From positions 1 to 51,046 of the IMG/VR virus record IMGVR_UViG_3300032261_000008: a DNA stretch of 51,046 nt. One strand, given 5' to 3'. Under the pieces are notes generated by a model, which saw nothing but the letters and a program-made list of their open reading frames with translations, was not told the origin of the DNA and ran no database searches. Origin of the DNA: a virus. Its lineage: Duplodnaviria > Caudoviricetes. The translations under genes were made by a program, and so were the position numbers. Below, piece after piece: positions 24,908-35,389 of this stretch (its first letter is position 1; each line of letters starts with the position of its first letter).

Positions 24908-27273
24908 TGTGTAAATCTCTTGGTAGTCGGATCCCAATTATAAGTGCTGCCCGGCTTCACCACCTGTATTCCTCTTGCAGCCGCGTCAGCCTTAGCTGCC
25001 TCTTCGTGCATCTTGTCTCCTCCAACCATCCGGTCGACCTTCTTGCCGGTCTTTAGCCCCTCGATAACATCCTCAATATGCGCAATTTGCGCCCGCTCCT
25101 TGTCAGTCACGAAATTCGCGCCTTTCGGCCAGTAGCGGGGATCATCCCCATATTTTCGGTCGCGATCGGCTTCAGTCTCTTCGAGACCACCCTTCAAAAG
25201 GTCAAGCATACCCTCCAGGGAGCCGGCTGCTCCCTGCCTCGACTGGAAGATATCAGAAAGATATCCCTTCATCATCGCACGCTCATGGACACCGCCCGAC
25301 CTCGTGCCTGACGTGAGCGCACCGACTTCGCCCGTAAGGCCCTGACCGGTTACACCGACCCTATGCTCAAGGCCTTCCATCTCGCTGCTTTCCGCTTTCA
25401 GCCTGTTAAGACCATGAGCCACCCTCTTCCAAGGGAAGCCGGACAAATGCGCATCCATCATATCGTCAGCAATGCTGACAAAGTGATCCAAGCCCTGCCC
25501 CAAACTGAAAGCTCTCAGACCGGCGCCTTTTGTTGTGCCACCAAGCTCACTTTCATAGGCTTTGCGAGCGTTGATGGCGACAGGATCATATTGTTGACCG
25601 ATGCCGGCGCCATATAGGCGAGCAAATGACTCAATACCCTTGCCATACGCCTGACGTCCCGCAGGGTTGAACATTCCAGCTAGAGCGGCTTTTATGTCAC
25701 TCTGCACAACAGGTGAAAATTGGTTGAGAAATTCATCGGCAACCTTGTTCTGATCAAAGTTCTGCTCGTTATATCCCGGTGCGAAGAAACCAAACCCAGT
25801 GCCACCAAAAGACCGTGGCGCATTTTGATCTCCCAGCTGTTGTGGCTGGCCGCCCGTTTGCTGAATGTTGCTTCCCGCAGGAGCATTGGGCAGGGTTGGT
25901 CCAGTAGGCGACGGAGCGCCACTACCAGTGCCACCACCCCCGCCTCCACCGACACCACCGCGACTACCCGGTCCCTCGTCGAGATAGAAATGATCTGCCG
26001 GGTTCTGCGGATCAACCATTATTACTCGTTTGGTCGGGCCAAACATACCAGGCTGCTCGACTTCCACCTTCTCATACTTAGTCGGGCTTGCAAACTTCGT
26101 CATCAACGAGTCAAAAAGCTTCGGGTTGGTTGCGCCAGCCAGAGCAAGGTTGTGAGCCTGCTGCGGATCCATGCCGCTGTTCTGCAGCGAAGAGAGCAGC
26201 GCGTTGTAGCTTGCTTGCATGCCGCCCTGCTGCTGCTGCATCGCGATGTCTTGCTGGATCGCCGGGATCGAATAAGCAGCCGCTCGCCCGATGCCCTGAT
26301 GCAGGCCTGGCGCCCCCGACATACCGGCGCTGATCGCCAACAGCTGGTTCTGGTGCTTACTTAACCAGTCGCCAATGCCGCCAAGAATGCCAGCTGCATT
26401 GAACGGAGACTGTGGAGCAGACTGATCCGACATAACCGTCTGCCGCGCAGCAGGCGAGACCGCCGACGGAGGCTGACCAGTCGTCGTCGGGGTGATAGTA
26501 AGAGGAGCACCAGGCGCAGTATGCGGATCATGTACGCCCAGCCGCTCGCCTTCCGTTATGTCCCCGGTCGAGCCATCGACCTCGCGAGATGATCCCGCCA
26601 CACCTTCCGGTCCCAGCTGAGAAGTCTGCTGCTCAGGCTGCCCTCCTACTACACCTTCCGGTCCCATCTGAGATGTAGCAGCTGTTGCAGGTGTCGATGG
26701 CAACAGCCCTGCACTGGGCGACCAGAAAATATTTTGCCCAGGCTTCGCTTCGGAAAACGCTTTCAGGTTCTCTCCGATCTTACGGAAAGGCTGACTTTCA
26801 CCGATCCTGCGCAGAACCGCGCTATCACTTGTCTCATCAGGAGAATAAATACCGAGAGGGTTACGATCCACTGGCGGCAAGGATGGCCAAGACAAGGAAC
26901 GCTTGTCTGTCTCCTCCGGCCTTAATTCAGTCGGTGTTTGTATAGGAAGATCCGGAGGCCGCCGCGGTGGGTACGGCTGCGCTGTGTTAAAACCCTGCAA
27001 GTTTGCACCGAGCGTTGCAACACCTCTCCTAAGCGGCGGCACCCATGGCGACCCACCCACCTCGCCTTGGCTCAAATTGGTCGACGTCTGCTGTGGCAAG
27101 GGGGGAGATATTACTTGCGGGGGAGGATATGGTGTATTGAAACTCTGCAGGTTTCTGCCGAGCCCGGTCACGACAGGGTTCGGACCCATCTCATCCGGGC
27201 TATAGGTGCCCAATGGGTTATAATACATCCGGTTGAGAAGGTTCTCCAGATAGTTGGCCACGTCAGCCTCCAA
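24904..27273 (-). CDS. Internal virion/ejection protein with Pro-rich N-terminal repeats
   Basis: Long ORF coupled to its neighbours; start may be GTG 27261. Confidence 0.75.
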   Translation of the reverse strand: MEADVANYLENLLNRMYYNPLGTYSPDEMGPNPVVTGLGRNLQSFNTPYPPPQVISPPLPQQTSTNLSQGEVGGSPWVPPLRRGVATLGANLQGFNTAQPYPPRRPPDLPIQTPTELRPEETDKRSLSWPSLPPVDRNPLGIYSPDETSDSAVLRRIGESQPFRKIGENLKAFSEAKPGQNIFWSPSAGLLPSTPATAATSQMGPEGVVGGQPEQQTSQLGPEGVAGSSREVDGSTGDITEGERLGVHDPHTAPGAPLTITPTTTGQPPSAVSPAARQTVMSDQSAPQSPFNAAGILGGIGDWLSKHQNQLLAISAGMSGAPGLHQGIGRAAAYSIPAIQQDIAMQQQQGGMQASYNALLSSLQNSGMDPQQAHNLALAGATNPKLFDSLMTKFASPTKYEKVEVEQPGMFGPTKRVIMVDPQNPADHFYLDEGPGSRGGVGGGGGGGTGSGAPSPTGPTLPNAPAGSNIQQTGGQPQQLGDQNAPRSFGGTGFGFFAPGYNEQNFDQNKVADEFLNQFSPVVQSDIKAALAGMFNPAGRQAYGKGIESFARLYGAGIGQQYDPVAINARKAYESELGGTTKGAGLRAFSLGQGLDHFVSIADDMMDAHLSGFPWKRVAHGLNRLKAESSEMEGLEHRVGVTGQGLTGEVGALTSGTRSGGVHERAMMKGYLSDIFQSRQGAAGSLEGMLDLLKGGLEETEADRDRKYGDDPRYWPKGANFVTDKERAQIAHIEDVIEGLKTGKKVDRMVGGDKMHEEAAKADAAARGIQVVKPGSTYNWDPTTKRFTQ

Positions 27274-27288
27274 AACCCTGTGTCCCGG

Positions 27289-27843
27289 TTAACCTCCGAA
27301 ACCCTGTGATCCGGGCAAAATGCCTGCGCCTTGCATGATCGCCGAGCCCGGCAGTTGCGCTTGCTGTGGTGACATTGGAACCCCACCCGGTTGGTTCAGA
27401 CTAGCTCTGATCATGTTCATCCAATTTATCGGGTTGAGCTGTCCCAACGGCGAGGTCTGCGGGTTGAACGGATAAGGCTGTGCCGGCGTCGGCAGCTGCA
27501 CCGGCGGCTGCTGCAGCCCGGCCTGCTGTGGCGAGAGGATGGACTGCTGGCCTGGCGGCGGAGCCGCGGGCCCGTATTGCGGGCTGTAAGGCGATCCAGG
27601 CAGTCCCTGTTGGCCCGGAAGCGGCGGCGGTCCCTGAGGCCCACCGGCCGCGACCGTCGTATCCGGGACCGTAGCGCCTGGCGCTATATTAGCCTGCGGG
27701 GCAACGGTTGGAGCCAGCGCCGCCTTCGCCGAAGCGAGGTTCTTACCAAGCCCCTGCAACGACTTGCCCATCGACGGTGCATCTTTGATATCGGCATACG
27801 ACAACGTAGGAAAATTTGCCATTGGTGGTGCGCCACTGGGCAT
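27289..27843 (-). CDS. Pro/Gln-rich hypothetical virion-region protein
   Basis: AAGGAG RBS, operon position. Confidence 0.7.
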   Translation of the reverse strand: MPSGAPPMANFPTLSYADIKDAPSMGKSLQGLGKNLASAKAALAPTVAPQANIAPGATVPDTTVAAGGPQGPPPLPGQQGLPGSPYSPQYGPAAPPPGQQSILSPQQAGLQQPPVQLPTPAQPYPFNPQTSPLGQLNPINWMNMIRASLNQPGGVPMSPQQAQLPGSAIMQGAGILPGSQGFGG

Positions 27844-27846
27844 TTG

Positions 27847-28935
27847 TCATCTCCTTGCGTCTTGCAGCATACCCATCGTTGCTGCCTTGCGAGTTGCGAG
27901 ATTGTAGCTAACATGTTTGAGACCGGCAGGATCGGTCGCGACAGCCTGTGGTGTCTTCTTCTCGACTTCATCGGCCATCATGCCAATCTGATGCGTCGGA
28001 GATCCCTTGAAACGGAAGCTATATATTTTCTGATCGTCGTGCGTCCTGCCGATATCCTTGATGTCGGTCTTGGCCCGGCGATCGGACTTGGGCCACAGCG
28101 ACCCGATCGTGCCGGCGATACCGGAAATGTCGCCGATCAAGTTCGAAAACTGGTTCTCTGCAGGCTTCTGTATGCCGGTTTGTGTCTGGTTGGCAGTGGT
28201 CGTGCCACCCATGCCGCCAAGCCCCATGGCAGCTGCCAGCCCCGGCTGGGCATTCGCGAACGGCTGCTGCTGCAATTGGTTCGCCACCTGCCATTGCGCC
28301 ATGGATGGCGCCATACCAAGGCTCGGTAACAGGCCGGCACCCGCCAATGCCTGCTGCATATTGCCGCCGATGGCTTGCGCCGTGTTGATGCCGGCATTGG
28401 CCAACGTCTGGTTGGCAGTCATGAGGTTGCCAACATTTCTGTTGTACTGGTCTTGAATGAGCGGCGCCTCACCTTGTGCCAGACCGAGCGCGGCTGTTTT
28501 CGCTTCGCCTCCCGCACCGCTCGGCTCGCGTCCCGCAGCGGCATATTGCCCCTTTACCGTATTCATAATGTTCTGGTTCAGCGTATTGAGCGCTTCGCCA
28601 AAACCGGGGGTACCGTAGGGGTTTAAGTTTGCAGGGTTGGCAAGACCGGACAAGTTGGTCTGCAGGTTTTGGTAGCTGGCCGGCAACATGCCGGCTGCAT
28701 TGAAAACGCCTTGAACCGACTTCGAGGCTTGCGGAAGATAATTCGGAAGACCGCCCGCTGAAGTCCACAGGTTCTGGCCAGCTTGCTGCTGTTGACTCGT
28801 CATGGCCGGGTTGAGACCACCATAGTACTGCGCCATGCTGGTCAACAGCGGCGATGCAGTTGCCCATGGGTTCGCTGTCGTCGTGCCACTCGACGTTTGC
28901 GTGGTAGTTGCAGGCGTGGTGTCGAAAAAACCCAT
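27847..28935 (-). CDS. Ejection (DNA-transfer) protein with C-terminal S74-type intramolecular chaperone domain
   Basis: Gln/Asn/Ala-rich body, NPY motif; SDRRAKTDI...IYSFRFK...GMMADEVE...VSY. Confidence 0.8.
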   Translation of the reverse strand: MGFFDTTPATTTQTSSGTTTANPWATASPLLTSMAQYYGGLNPAMTSQQQQAGQNLWTSAGGLPNYLPQASKSVQGVFNAAGMLPASYQNLQTNLSGLANPANLNPYGTPGFGEALNTLNQNIMNTVKGQYAAAGREPSGAGGEAKTAALGLAQGEAPLIQDQYNRNVGNLMTANQTLANAGINTAQAIGGNMQQALAGAGLLPSLGMAPSMAQWQVANQLQQQPFANAQPGLAAAMGLGGMGGTTTANQTQTGIQKPAENQFSNLIGDISGIAGTIGSLWPKSDRRAKTDIKDIGRTHDDQKIYSFRFKGSPTHQIGMMADEVEKKTPQAVATDPAGLKHVSYNLATRKAATMGMLQDARR

Positions 28936-28965
28936 TGTCAGCCTCCGATCGCTGTACTCATTGTA

Positions 28966-29274
28966 TCAGCCTCCGACCGCTGAAAAGTCGAAAAAGCGAT
29001 CCATCGCCGGGTTACTGTCGTGCGTGATGATGAAGCTACCATTTAACACGGTGGAAACCCAGACCGACGTTTGTGTTGCAGCTGCACTCGCACTACGTGG
29101 TGTCAATGCGACCATCGAGGACACCGAAATAGTCGGAAAAGTCACCATCGTCGAGGTAGCATTCGGTGTCAGCTGTATCTGACCGACATTATTCGAACGC
29201 CCATCAACCAGTTCATTCACAGTCGAGACGACCGCGTAAAGATCCTTTTCGTGTGGCTGAAGCCGCCGTGCCAC
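28966..29274 (-). CDS. Small tail-associated protein
   Basis: VNELVDGRSNNVG...FIITH; GTG start with GAGG RBS. Confidence 0.7.
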   Translation of the reverse strand: MARRLQPHEKDLYAVVSTVNELVDGRSNNVGQIQLTPNATSTMVTFPTISVSSMVALTPRSASAAATQTSVWVSTVLNGSFIITHDSNPAMDRFFDFSAVGG

Positions 29275-29276
29275 TG

Positions 29277-31580
29277 CTAACCTCGTGTACCCAAGAAACC
29301 AAGATCAGGCGACCGTGTTCCTCTGTATGGGAGGACCGGCGGCACCGGCTTGGCCCCCGGTGGAAGCTCATCTTCTTCGTCACCTCTTAGTGCGTGATAC
29401 CAGTCTCGGTAACGTGTTTTCCTTTCATCAGTTTGCTGCTGCGCATGCTGCGCTACTGCAGGCGCCGCCCCGATACCGCTATCTTCGAATAGGCTCATTG
29501 GTTTGGTCAGCAATTCGCGGCGCAGACTGTCGGGAATATCCATGTGATAAACAGAATAAGCTTTCGGCTCAAAAGGTTGTCGTCTCTCCTCGTTTGGTAA
29601 TTCACTGCGCACAACCTGCACGCCATGAGCCTTGCCGATCTTGTTGGCCTGGTCGACACGGCGGCGGTTGTAATAGTCGCGAATGCCTTTGTCGGCTTGG
29701 ATCGCTTCAGCCCGCTGATCCGGGGCTAATTCCGATATATCACGACCTTGGTCGCGCAGCATCACCAATGGGTTGGTGGTATTTTCCTCACCTGCCGTCC
29801 ACGAAATACGCGGATAGCCTTTTTCTGCAGCCTCACGCAATTGATCATGCAGCGCGAGACGCTCCCAGCCAGTGCCCGCGAATGGAGCGTTCGGCACAAC
29901 ATCCTTACTTTGCAAACGGCCAATTTGATATCGAAGCGTTCCGATCTGGTTATTAAGATCGTCCAAGTTTGCCATATATCTTGGATCGTTCTGATCCAAC
30001 TGGTCACGCTGTCGTCTCAGATCATCCCGTTGTTTTGACAAACCTGCTACTTGTGTATCGATGTCTTTAGCATATCCCTTATCCCGTCCCTGCTGATGCC
30101 AGTCGCTCTGGTTCTCTTCATCGTGCAGACTGCGAATTGTTTGTGGCCACACCTCATTTGGCATGTTGCGACGTAGATCATCCTCCTGAGCCCGCAAAGC
30201 CTGCAATTTGTCCTGTAGCGGCTTCATTTCTGGAATATTTTCCGCCGCCTCAAACTGTCGCCTCACCTCTCTCGCATCAATCCTTCCCTCACTATAATCC
30301 TGCCTGATCCGATCATCATGTTGACGGCGTATTCCATTGATCTGTCGCGCAACCTCTCCCTGTTGCTGTTGAATATCATCGTTCTGCTGCAACATTCTTT
30401 CACGCTGAAAGTTCTGTGCCGCCTGCTCTGGCGTTAATGGCTGATCGAAAGAACGATCAGTAGACCGCCGATGAAACAGCACATTCGGCTCATCCCAATG
30501 GCTGCCATGTTCTCTAGTGAAATTGTCACCTGATGTCGGCATCTGGATTAGCCGCTCACGATAGTTCTCGCCACCGGGAAGCTTGTATTCCTCATATTCT
30601 GGTACTTGAAATGATGAATTTAAAGAACCATTGCGTTGTAAATATTCATAATACTCTTTTGGGTTATCCCATAGCGCAGCGTCTTTAGCGCTTAGATCAT
30701 CATACTGATCCTTGATATTGTATTGCTGCTGTGCCGTCAGATCTTCCCACGACTTATTACCTTTCTCAATTCTGTTGAGTTGAACCGGGTTCGCTTGAAG
30801 ATGCTCCTCGATCCCAGTACGAGATATCTTGGTGTTGCCCAACCCTTCCAATGCCGGCCCAAGCTCACGCCATTGTAATTCTTCAGGCTTGGCGCCGAAC
30901 CGCTTCAGCTGGTTGAGCCATTGCAGCCCGGTCAATTCCTGCGAGGGAATACGAGCAAGCGCGCTTTCAATGCCTGTCGTGTATTGTGGCGCATGCGCTG
31001 CAGTCGAGATCGCCATACCGGGTTGGCCGGTGTCGGATAATAACTTCCTACCCATGACGCGAAGATCAAGCCCCGGCGCAGCCGCCCTTTCTAGCGCGCT
31101 TGCCCCGCCGCCGCCTGCTAAGCTTGCCAGATCCACAGAACGTTGGATCGGCTCATCAGATGAATGGCCGCTCGGCCCCCACATTGACACCCTGCCAGCA
31201 TAGACATCGCTCGGCAATGTGGCTCCGCTCTTGATCACCTCATCAACACCTCGCACCAGGTTCTGGCCTGTGGACGTCGCAAGTCTGCCGAATGCTGTAC
31301 CAGGAGATATCTGCGGCCCCGAGGGGATCAGCGGCGCCCCAACATCTGGAAGGTTGTTACCGCCTCCTTGTTGCGGCCTAGGGCCAATATCTGGCGATGC
31401 TGGGACCGGTGCCGACGACGTTAACGCATGAAACATCGGATAAAGCGATGGATGCTTGATCGCCGACCACATCGTCGACAAGCCGCTCGGCCGATCAGCA
31501 TCCTGCTGGGCGGCAAGGTTTTCCAGCGCCTCCTGGTCCTGCCGGTCATTGCTCGGTGCCAGTGTGCCAAAGCCGGGCAT
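29277..31580 (-). CDS. Large polyvalent-protein-like injected protein
   Basis: LPGGENYRERL, HWDEPNVL.H.R, EENQSDWHQQGR, APF...W..LAL...AAEKGY. Confidence 0.65.
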   Translation of the reverse strand: MPGFGTLAPSNDRQDQEALENLAAQQDADRPSGLSTMWSAIKHPSLYPMFHALTSSAPVPASPDIGPRPQQGGGNNLPDVGAPLIPSGPQISPGTAFGRLATSTGQNLVRGVDEVIKSGATLPSDVYAGRVSMWGPSGHSSDEPIQRSVDLASLAGGGGASALERAAAPGLDLRVMGRKLLSDTGQPGMAISTAAHAPQYTTGIESALARIPSQELTGLQWLNQLKRFGAKPEELQWRELGPALEGLGNTKISRTGIEEHLQANPVQLNRIEKGNKSWEDLTAQQQYNIKDQYDDLSAKDAALWDNPKEYYEYLQRNGSLNSSFQVPEYEEYKLPGGENYRERLIQMPTSGDNFTREHGSHWDEPNVLFHRRSTDRSFDQPLTPEQAAQNFQRERMLQQNDDIQQQQGEVARQINGIRRQHDDRIRQDYSEGRIDAREVRRQFEAAENIPEMKPLQDKLQALRAQEDDLRRNMPNEVWPQTIRSLHDEENQSDWHQQGRDKGYAKDIDTQVAGLSKQRDDLRRQRDQLDQNDPRYMANLDDLNNQIGTLRYQIGRLQSKDVVPNAPFAGTGWERLALHDQLREAAEKGYPRISWTAGEENTTNPLVMLRDQGRDISELAPDQRAEAIQADKGIRDYYNRRRVDQANKIGKAHGVQVVRSELPNEERRQPFEPKAYSVYHMDIPDSLRRELLTKPMSLFEDSGIGAAPAVAQHAQQQTDERKTRYRDWYHALRGDEEDELPPGAKPVPPVLPYRGTRSPDLGFLGTRG

Positions 31581-33325
31581 CAGCGATCTCCCGCTATTTC
31601 GCTCTCAGGCTGCGCGCCACGCACATAGGTCCAACTCGATCCCGCCGTAATGCGCACCCGCATGCGCTGGTAGCGGCTCTCGATCGGATCGATCGGCGCC
31701 ATCCCCATGTCATCAATCAGATTCTCTGCGGTGTAGAGCGGGAGACTTTGCGGCGAATTGCGGTAAGAGACCGAGCAGTACACCTGCGTTGCATCGGTGA
31801 TCGGCCGCATCGCATTGGTGAACAGCATCTTGCCCTTGCCATCCGCCTCGCCGGTTTCCAATGTGGCCTCCAACGTCGGACCATCGAAAAAGTTAAGCGC
31901 ATGGTTGGCATCGAAAGCCGACAGCTGCGCGATAGCCGCCTTAACAATGCTGTCGAAAGAAAATGACGGCTTCACCATGCCGCCCATGTCCGGATAGGTC
32001 ATGGCCTCGATCGAACCGCCGATCGCACCACCGGACACGTAAGGATGCACGAAGGTCGAGCCAATGAGATCGGCATGGGTATCGTCAATGATGTTAAAGC
32101 GCCAAACGCCATTGGCTTCGATCGTACCCTGAACCCCCTGCACCGTCGCGAAGGGCTGCGCTGCAAGGCTGAAGCTGGGCTTGACCACAGCGTCAAGCGT
32201 CAGCCGGATCGCTCCAGCGCCGTTATCCTGCGCATTCTGTACGTATAATTGCTCAAGTGTGTATGTATCCAAATTTTCCAATGTCAGACCGGGCTTTGCC
32301 AATGAAGCGATGAACTCGCCAGTGACATTAACCCGCGTCCATTTGTTGAGCACATAGTCATAGACCAGCATGCGGTTGAACTGCCCGAACGCCCCGCTGA
32401 GCTTGGTCTTGTAAACCCAATAGACACGCGTCGCTGTCGGACCCACAGCGCCAATGATCAGCTGCAACTGAGAGGAGTCAACTTCATTGAAAAAAGTGAT
32501 ATTGACCTTATCCTTGCCGATGTCGACAGGATCGGTAGTCGAGACGATCATCCTGAACCCGGCCGCACTCAGATAGAACACGCGGTTGCCGACGTTCATG
32601 ACCGAATATTTGGCATACAGCACCTCCTGCGTCGAAAAGCGATAAAACTGGAAGATCGCCACGCTGCCGGCCGCATACGTCATCGAACGGATAGACTGCT
32701 CCTGAAAGATCGTGCCATAAGCATCGCCGCCGCTCACTACCAAAGTCGAGCCACCATCCGGGAAGTCCTGAAAGTCCGATAGCCCACTGCCTGAGTCCCA
32801 TTTCTCTGGGTCATCAAGGTCGCTCCATTGCACCCGCTGAGCACTTTCTTGCAGTGCTGTGAGCACCACGAAAAACCCGATGATAGCGACCCAACCGGCA
32901 AATGGTGGGTTGCCGTCAAGGTCCACGAACGAAGTCGATGTCGACTGCAAAAGCTTCTGTGGCGGAACATTCTTCTGCACCGCGATAATGAGATCGTTGA
33001 ACTGAGCAAACACCCAATTGTCGTCGATCGGAACGGCGCCATAGGACACGCCGCCCTTCGACGCCAAGGTCCACGACAGATCAACCTGGTTCATGATGTA
33101 AAGATCAGTGGCAGTGCCAGCCACGATCGTCACCGTGCCATCAGCCTTGCGGCCATAGAAGTAGCCACGACAGGGACCGGGCAATGACTGCGTGTATGAT
33201 GTCATGCTCTGGATAGGGCCGTATCCATCGCTCTTCGGCACGACATTGAAGATCACCTGCGAGTCCGCCTGCCCGAGCGGCGAGATGTCAGGTGCATAGT
33301 CCGGAAATGGTATCGTGTCGGACAT
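31580..33325 (-). CDS. Tail tubular protein B / nozzle (beta-propeller)
   Basis: Position after the adaptor; WVFAQFND, VQWSDLDDPEKW, SDFQDFPDGG. Confidence 0.8.
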   Translation of the reverse strand: MSDTIPFPDYAPDISPLGQADSQVIFNVVPKSDGYGPIQSMTSYTQSLPGPCRGYFYGRKADGTVTIVAGTATDLYIMNQVDLSWTLASKGGVSYGAVPIDDNWVFAQFNDLIIAVQKNVPPQKLLQSTSTSFVDLDGNPPFAGWVAIIGFFVVLTALQESAQRVQWSDLDDPEKWDSGSGLSDFQDFPDGGSTLVVSGGDAYGTIFQEQSIRSMTYAAGSVAIFQFYRFSTQEVLYAKYSVMNVGNRVFYLSAAGFRMIVSTTDPVDIGKDKVNITFFNEVDSSQLQLIIGAVGPTATRVYWVYKTKLSGAFGQFNRMLVYDYVLNKWTRVNVTGEFIASLAKPGLTLENLDTYTLEQLYVQNAQDNGAGAIRLTLDAVVKPSFSLAAQPFATVQGVQGTIEANGVWRFNIIDDTHADLIGSTFVHPYVSGGAIGGSIEAMTYPDMGGMVKPSFSFDSIVKAAIAQLSAFDANHALNFFDGPTLEATLETGEADGKGKMLFTNAMRPITDATQVYCSVSYRNSPQSLPLYTAENLIDDMGMAPIDPIESRYQRMRVRITAGSSWTYVRGAQPESEIAGDR

Positions 33326-33333
33326 AATTCATC

Positions 33334-34110
33334 TCAAAAGCTCATTGGACGCACCCGCCCTAGCGTCGATGTGATCTTATTGCCTTCGCGTTTCAGCTCA
33401 GTGAATGCGCGATAGGCCTCACCAGGCTGCGGGTCCGGATAGGGCGACATCGCAAGTGCCATCTGTTGGTTTCGCGTGACGTGTGTCGCGACCTCAAACT
33501 TCGCACGAGATCGGATCAGCCGCTCAGCGTTCTGCGGCGTCATCCAAACATTGTTTTCCTCGACGTCTGACGATGGCGGCGGCATTGCAAGATGGCAGCC
33601 GATCCAACATTTATAGGCCGCCACCGGGACCGGATAGAGGATCAGCGTATTGCCTTCATATGCATAGCTCGTCGGCAACCCGAATTGCGTAAAAAGCTGA
33701 ATGTTCAGGTGCTGGCGTTCCGGCGTATTCTGCGACAGTTTCATCAATGTATTGCCAATTTGAATGTTGATGTAGTCGATCATAAACATGGTCGAGATGG
33801 CTGGGCAGTCGGCCGTCGAATAAGTCGACTGAGATGGCACCGTCATGAACGTAGTCGGCATCGCCGGATCGATCTCATTGAAGCGAAAACGGTGCTTCTG
33901 ATACTCATAGATCGCCGTATCGATCGCATTGCGGATCGCCTCGGCATTCGGCCGTGACTGAGTTGCCGTGCCGCGCGCACCGGCCAGATCAAACCGTGCT
34001 CCAAGCTCAGCCGCGATCCGAAAGATCATGGTCGTGAGATCAGACACGATGCCAACGCCAGCAAAGCCGGCGCTAAACCCTGGACTAAAGGCGCGATCGG
34101 TATCGCTCAT
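33334..34110 (-). CDS. Head-tail adaptor / tail tubular protein A
   Basis: RFRFNE, GLPTSYA...LILYPVP, NVWM...ERLIRSRAK; position. Confidence 0.78.
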   Translation of the reverse strand: MSDTDRAFSPGFSAGFAGVGIVSDLTTMIFRIAAELGARFDLAGARGTATQSRPNAEAIRNAIDTAIYEYQKHRFRFNEIDPAMPTTFMTVPSQSTYSTADCPAISTMFMIDYINIQIGNTLMKLSQNTPERQHLNIQLFTQFGLPTSYAYEGNTLILYPVPVAAYKCWIGCHLAMPPPSSDVEENNVWMTPQNAERLIRSRAKFEVATHVTRNQQMALAMSPYPDPQPGEAYRAFTELKREGNKITSTLGRVRPMSF

Positions 34111-34132
34111 TGTATTCTCATTGCAGTGCCAC

Positions 34133-35353
34133 TCATTGTATTCTCATCGCCGTCACTGTGCTGTCTTTAGAATTGCCGGTCGTATTGAACGCGATCTTGC
34201 CGGTAGTTGCGGTGATATCCTTGCAGCTGATCCTGATGTTGCCGGCCGGCGTTGCAAGAACGCCAGATAGTGATATCTTGGTCGTGGCCGCCGCAGTGAT
34301 CTGTGCAGCAGCGCTAGAGATAACTGTCGTACCATCCCACAACTTGCAGTAAAACGTCGCCGCAGCCGTGTCATTCAGCGTCACCGTCCCACTCGCAAAC
34401 CATGTGCCACTGACGCCCTGTGCCACGCTTGGTCCATCGAAGTAATTCGCAGTGTTTGTAAGTGAAACATCCGCACCGAGAGAATTGACAACAGAAGTCA
34501 ATGATACCGCGCAGGTACCCGTGCTTGTGATCACGCCACCCGATAGGCCGGTGCCACAGCCGACCGACGTCACAGCCGGCGGGATGGTCGGCTGACCCCA
34601 CGCCGGAATGCCTGTTGCATTTTCAGAGAGGAAATTAGTCCCAGAATTGTTCCCCGGGATCGTGACCCAAGCGCTGCCATTATAGTAGGCGACATCACCG
34701 GCGCGAGTCGGCGTCGGGAATGCAAGGCTAGCAAGGTTGCTCGCCCACGACGGAACACCGCTGCTGCTTTCCTGTAGAACTGCAGTTGACGTATTGTTGC
34801 CGGGAATGGTGACCCAAGCGGTCCCATTGTAATAAGCAACATCGCCGGCTCGGGTCGGCGTGGGAAACGCAAGGCCGCTGAGGTTGGTGACCCATGAGGG
34901 AACGCCTCCACCCGTCTCCTGCAGCACAGCCGGCGTTGTATTATTGCCAGCTAACGTAACCCACTGTGTCCCGTTCCAATAGGCGATGTCTCCCGTCCGG
35001 GTGATCGGGGGAAAGATATTGTTAGCCGCACCAGACTGTGTAGTCGCGCCTGTACCACCTCCAGCGAGCCCAAGCGCGACTGAGCAGACGTTGGTGAGAC
35101 CGGTGGTGCCGAAGTAACAGGCATGGCTGTTGGCCGTGAGCGGCGATGTCGGCAGCATCGAATAAATGACATTATTGAGAAACTGACGCAGAATGGCCGG
35201 CGTGATGCCACCCGCGGTCTGATCGGGAAATTGCGTCTGCACGTCATTGAGAAGCTGCTGTTGCGTACAGGGCGCCGTGCATGTCGGGGTCGTCTGAGCT
35301 TCGCAGACAGACAGCCATAGCGTGGAAAGCAGGATAGCAAGAAGTGCTCGCAT
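34133..35353 (-). CDS. Fibre-like repeat protein with a signal peptide
   Basis: MRALLAILLSTLWLSVCEA; three FP.PTRAGDVAYYNG.AWVTIPGNN repeats; GGTGATT and VTSV..GTGLSGG.IT fibre motifs. Confidence 0.8.
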   Translation of the reverse strand: MRALLAILLSTLWLSVCEAQTTPTCTAPCTQQQLLNDVQTQFPDQTAGGITPAILRQFLNNVIYSMLPTSPLTANSHACYFGTTGLTNVCSVALGLAGGGTGATTQSGAANNIFPPITRTGDIAYWNGTQWVTLAGNNTTPAVLQETGGGVPSWVTNLSGLAFPTPTRAGDVAYYNGTAWVTIPGNNTSTAVLQESSSGVPSWASNLASLAFPTPTRAGDVAYYNGSAWVTIPGNNSGTNFLSENATGIPAWGQPTIPPAVTSVGCGTGLSGGVITSTGTCAVSLTSVVNSLGADVSLTNTANYFDGPSVAQGVSGTWFASGTVTLNDTAAATFYCKLWDGTTVISSAAAQITAAATTKISLSGVLATPAGNIRISCKDITATTGKIAFNTTGNSKDSTVTAMRIQ

Positions 35354-35389
35354 ACGCGCCTCCTCCGCGGTAACCGCGGCTGAACCGCG

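Noticed and set aside
23925-26670. Short direct repeats (GGAAPAA x2; SQ.GPEGV x2)
   Set aside because: Ordinary in-frame low-complexity repeats in ejection proteins
34640-35030. Three ~120-bp repeats as CRISPR or DGR TR/VR
   Set aside because: In-frame protein repeats with mostly synonymous variation; no unique spacers, cas genes or reverse transcriptase
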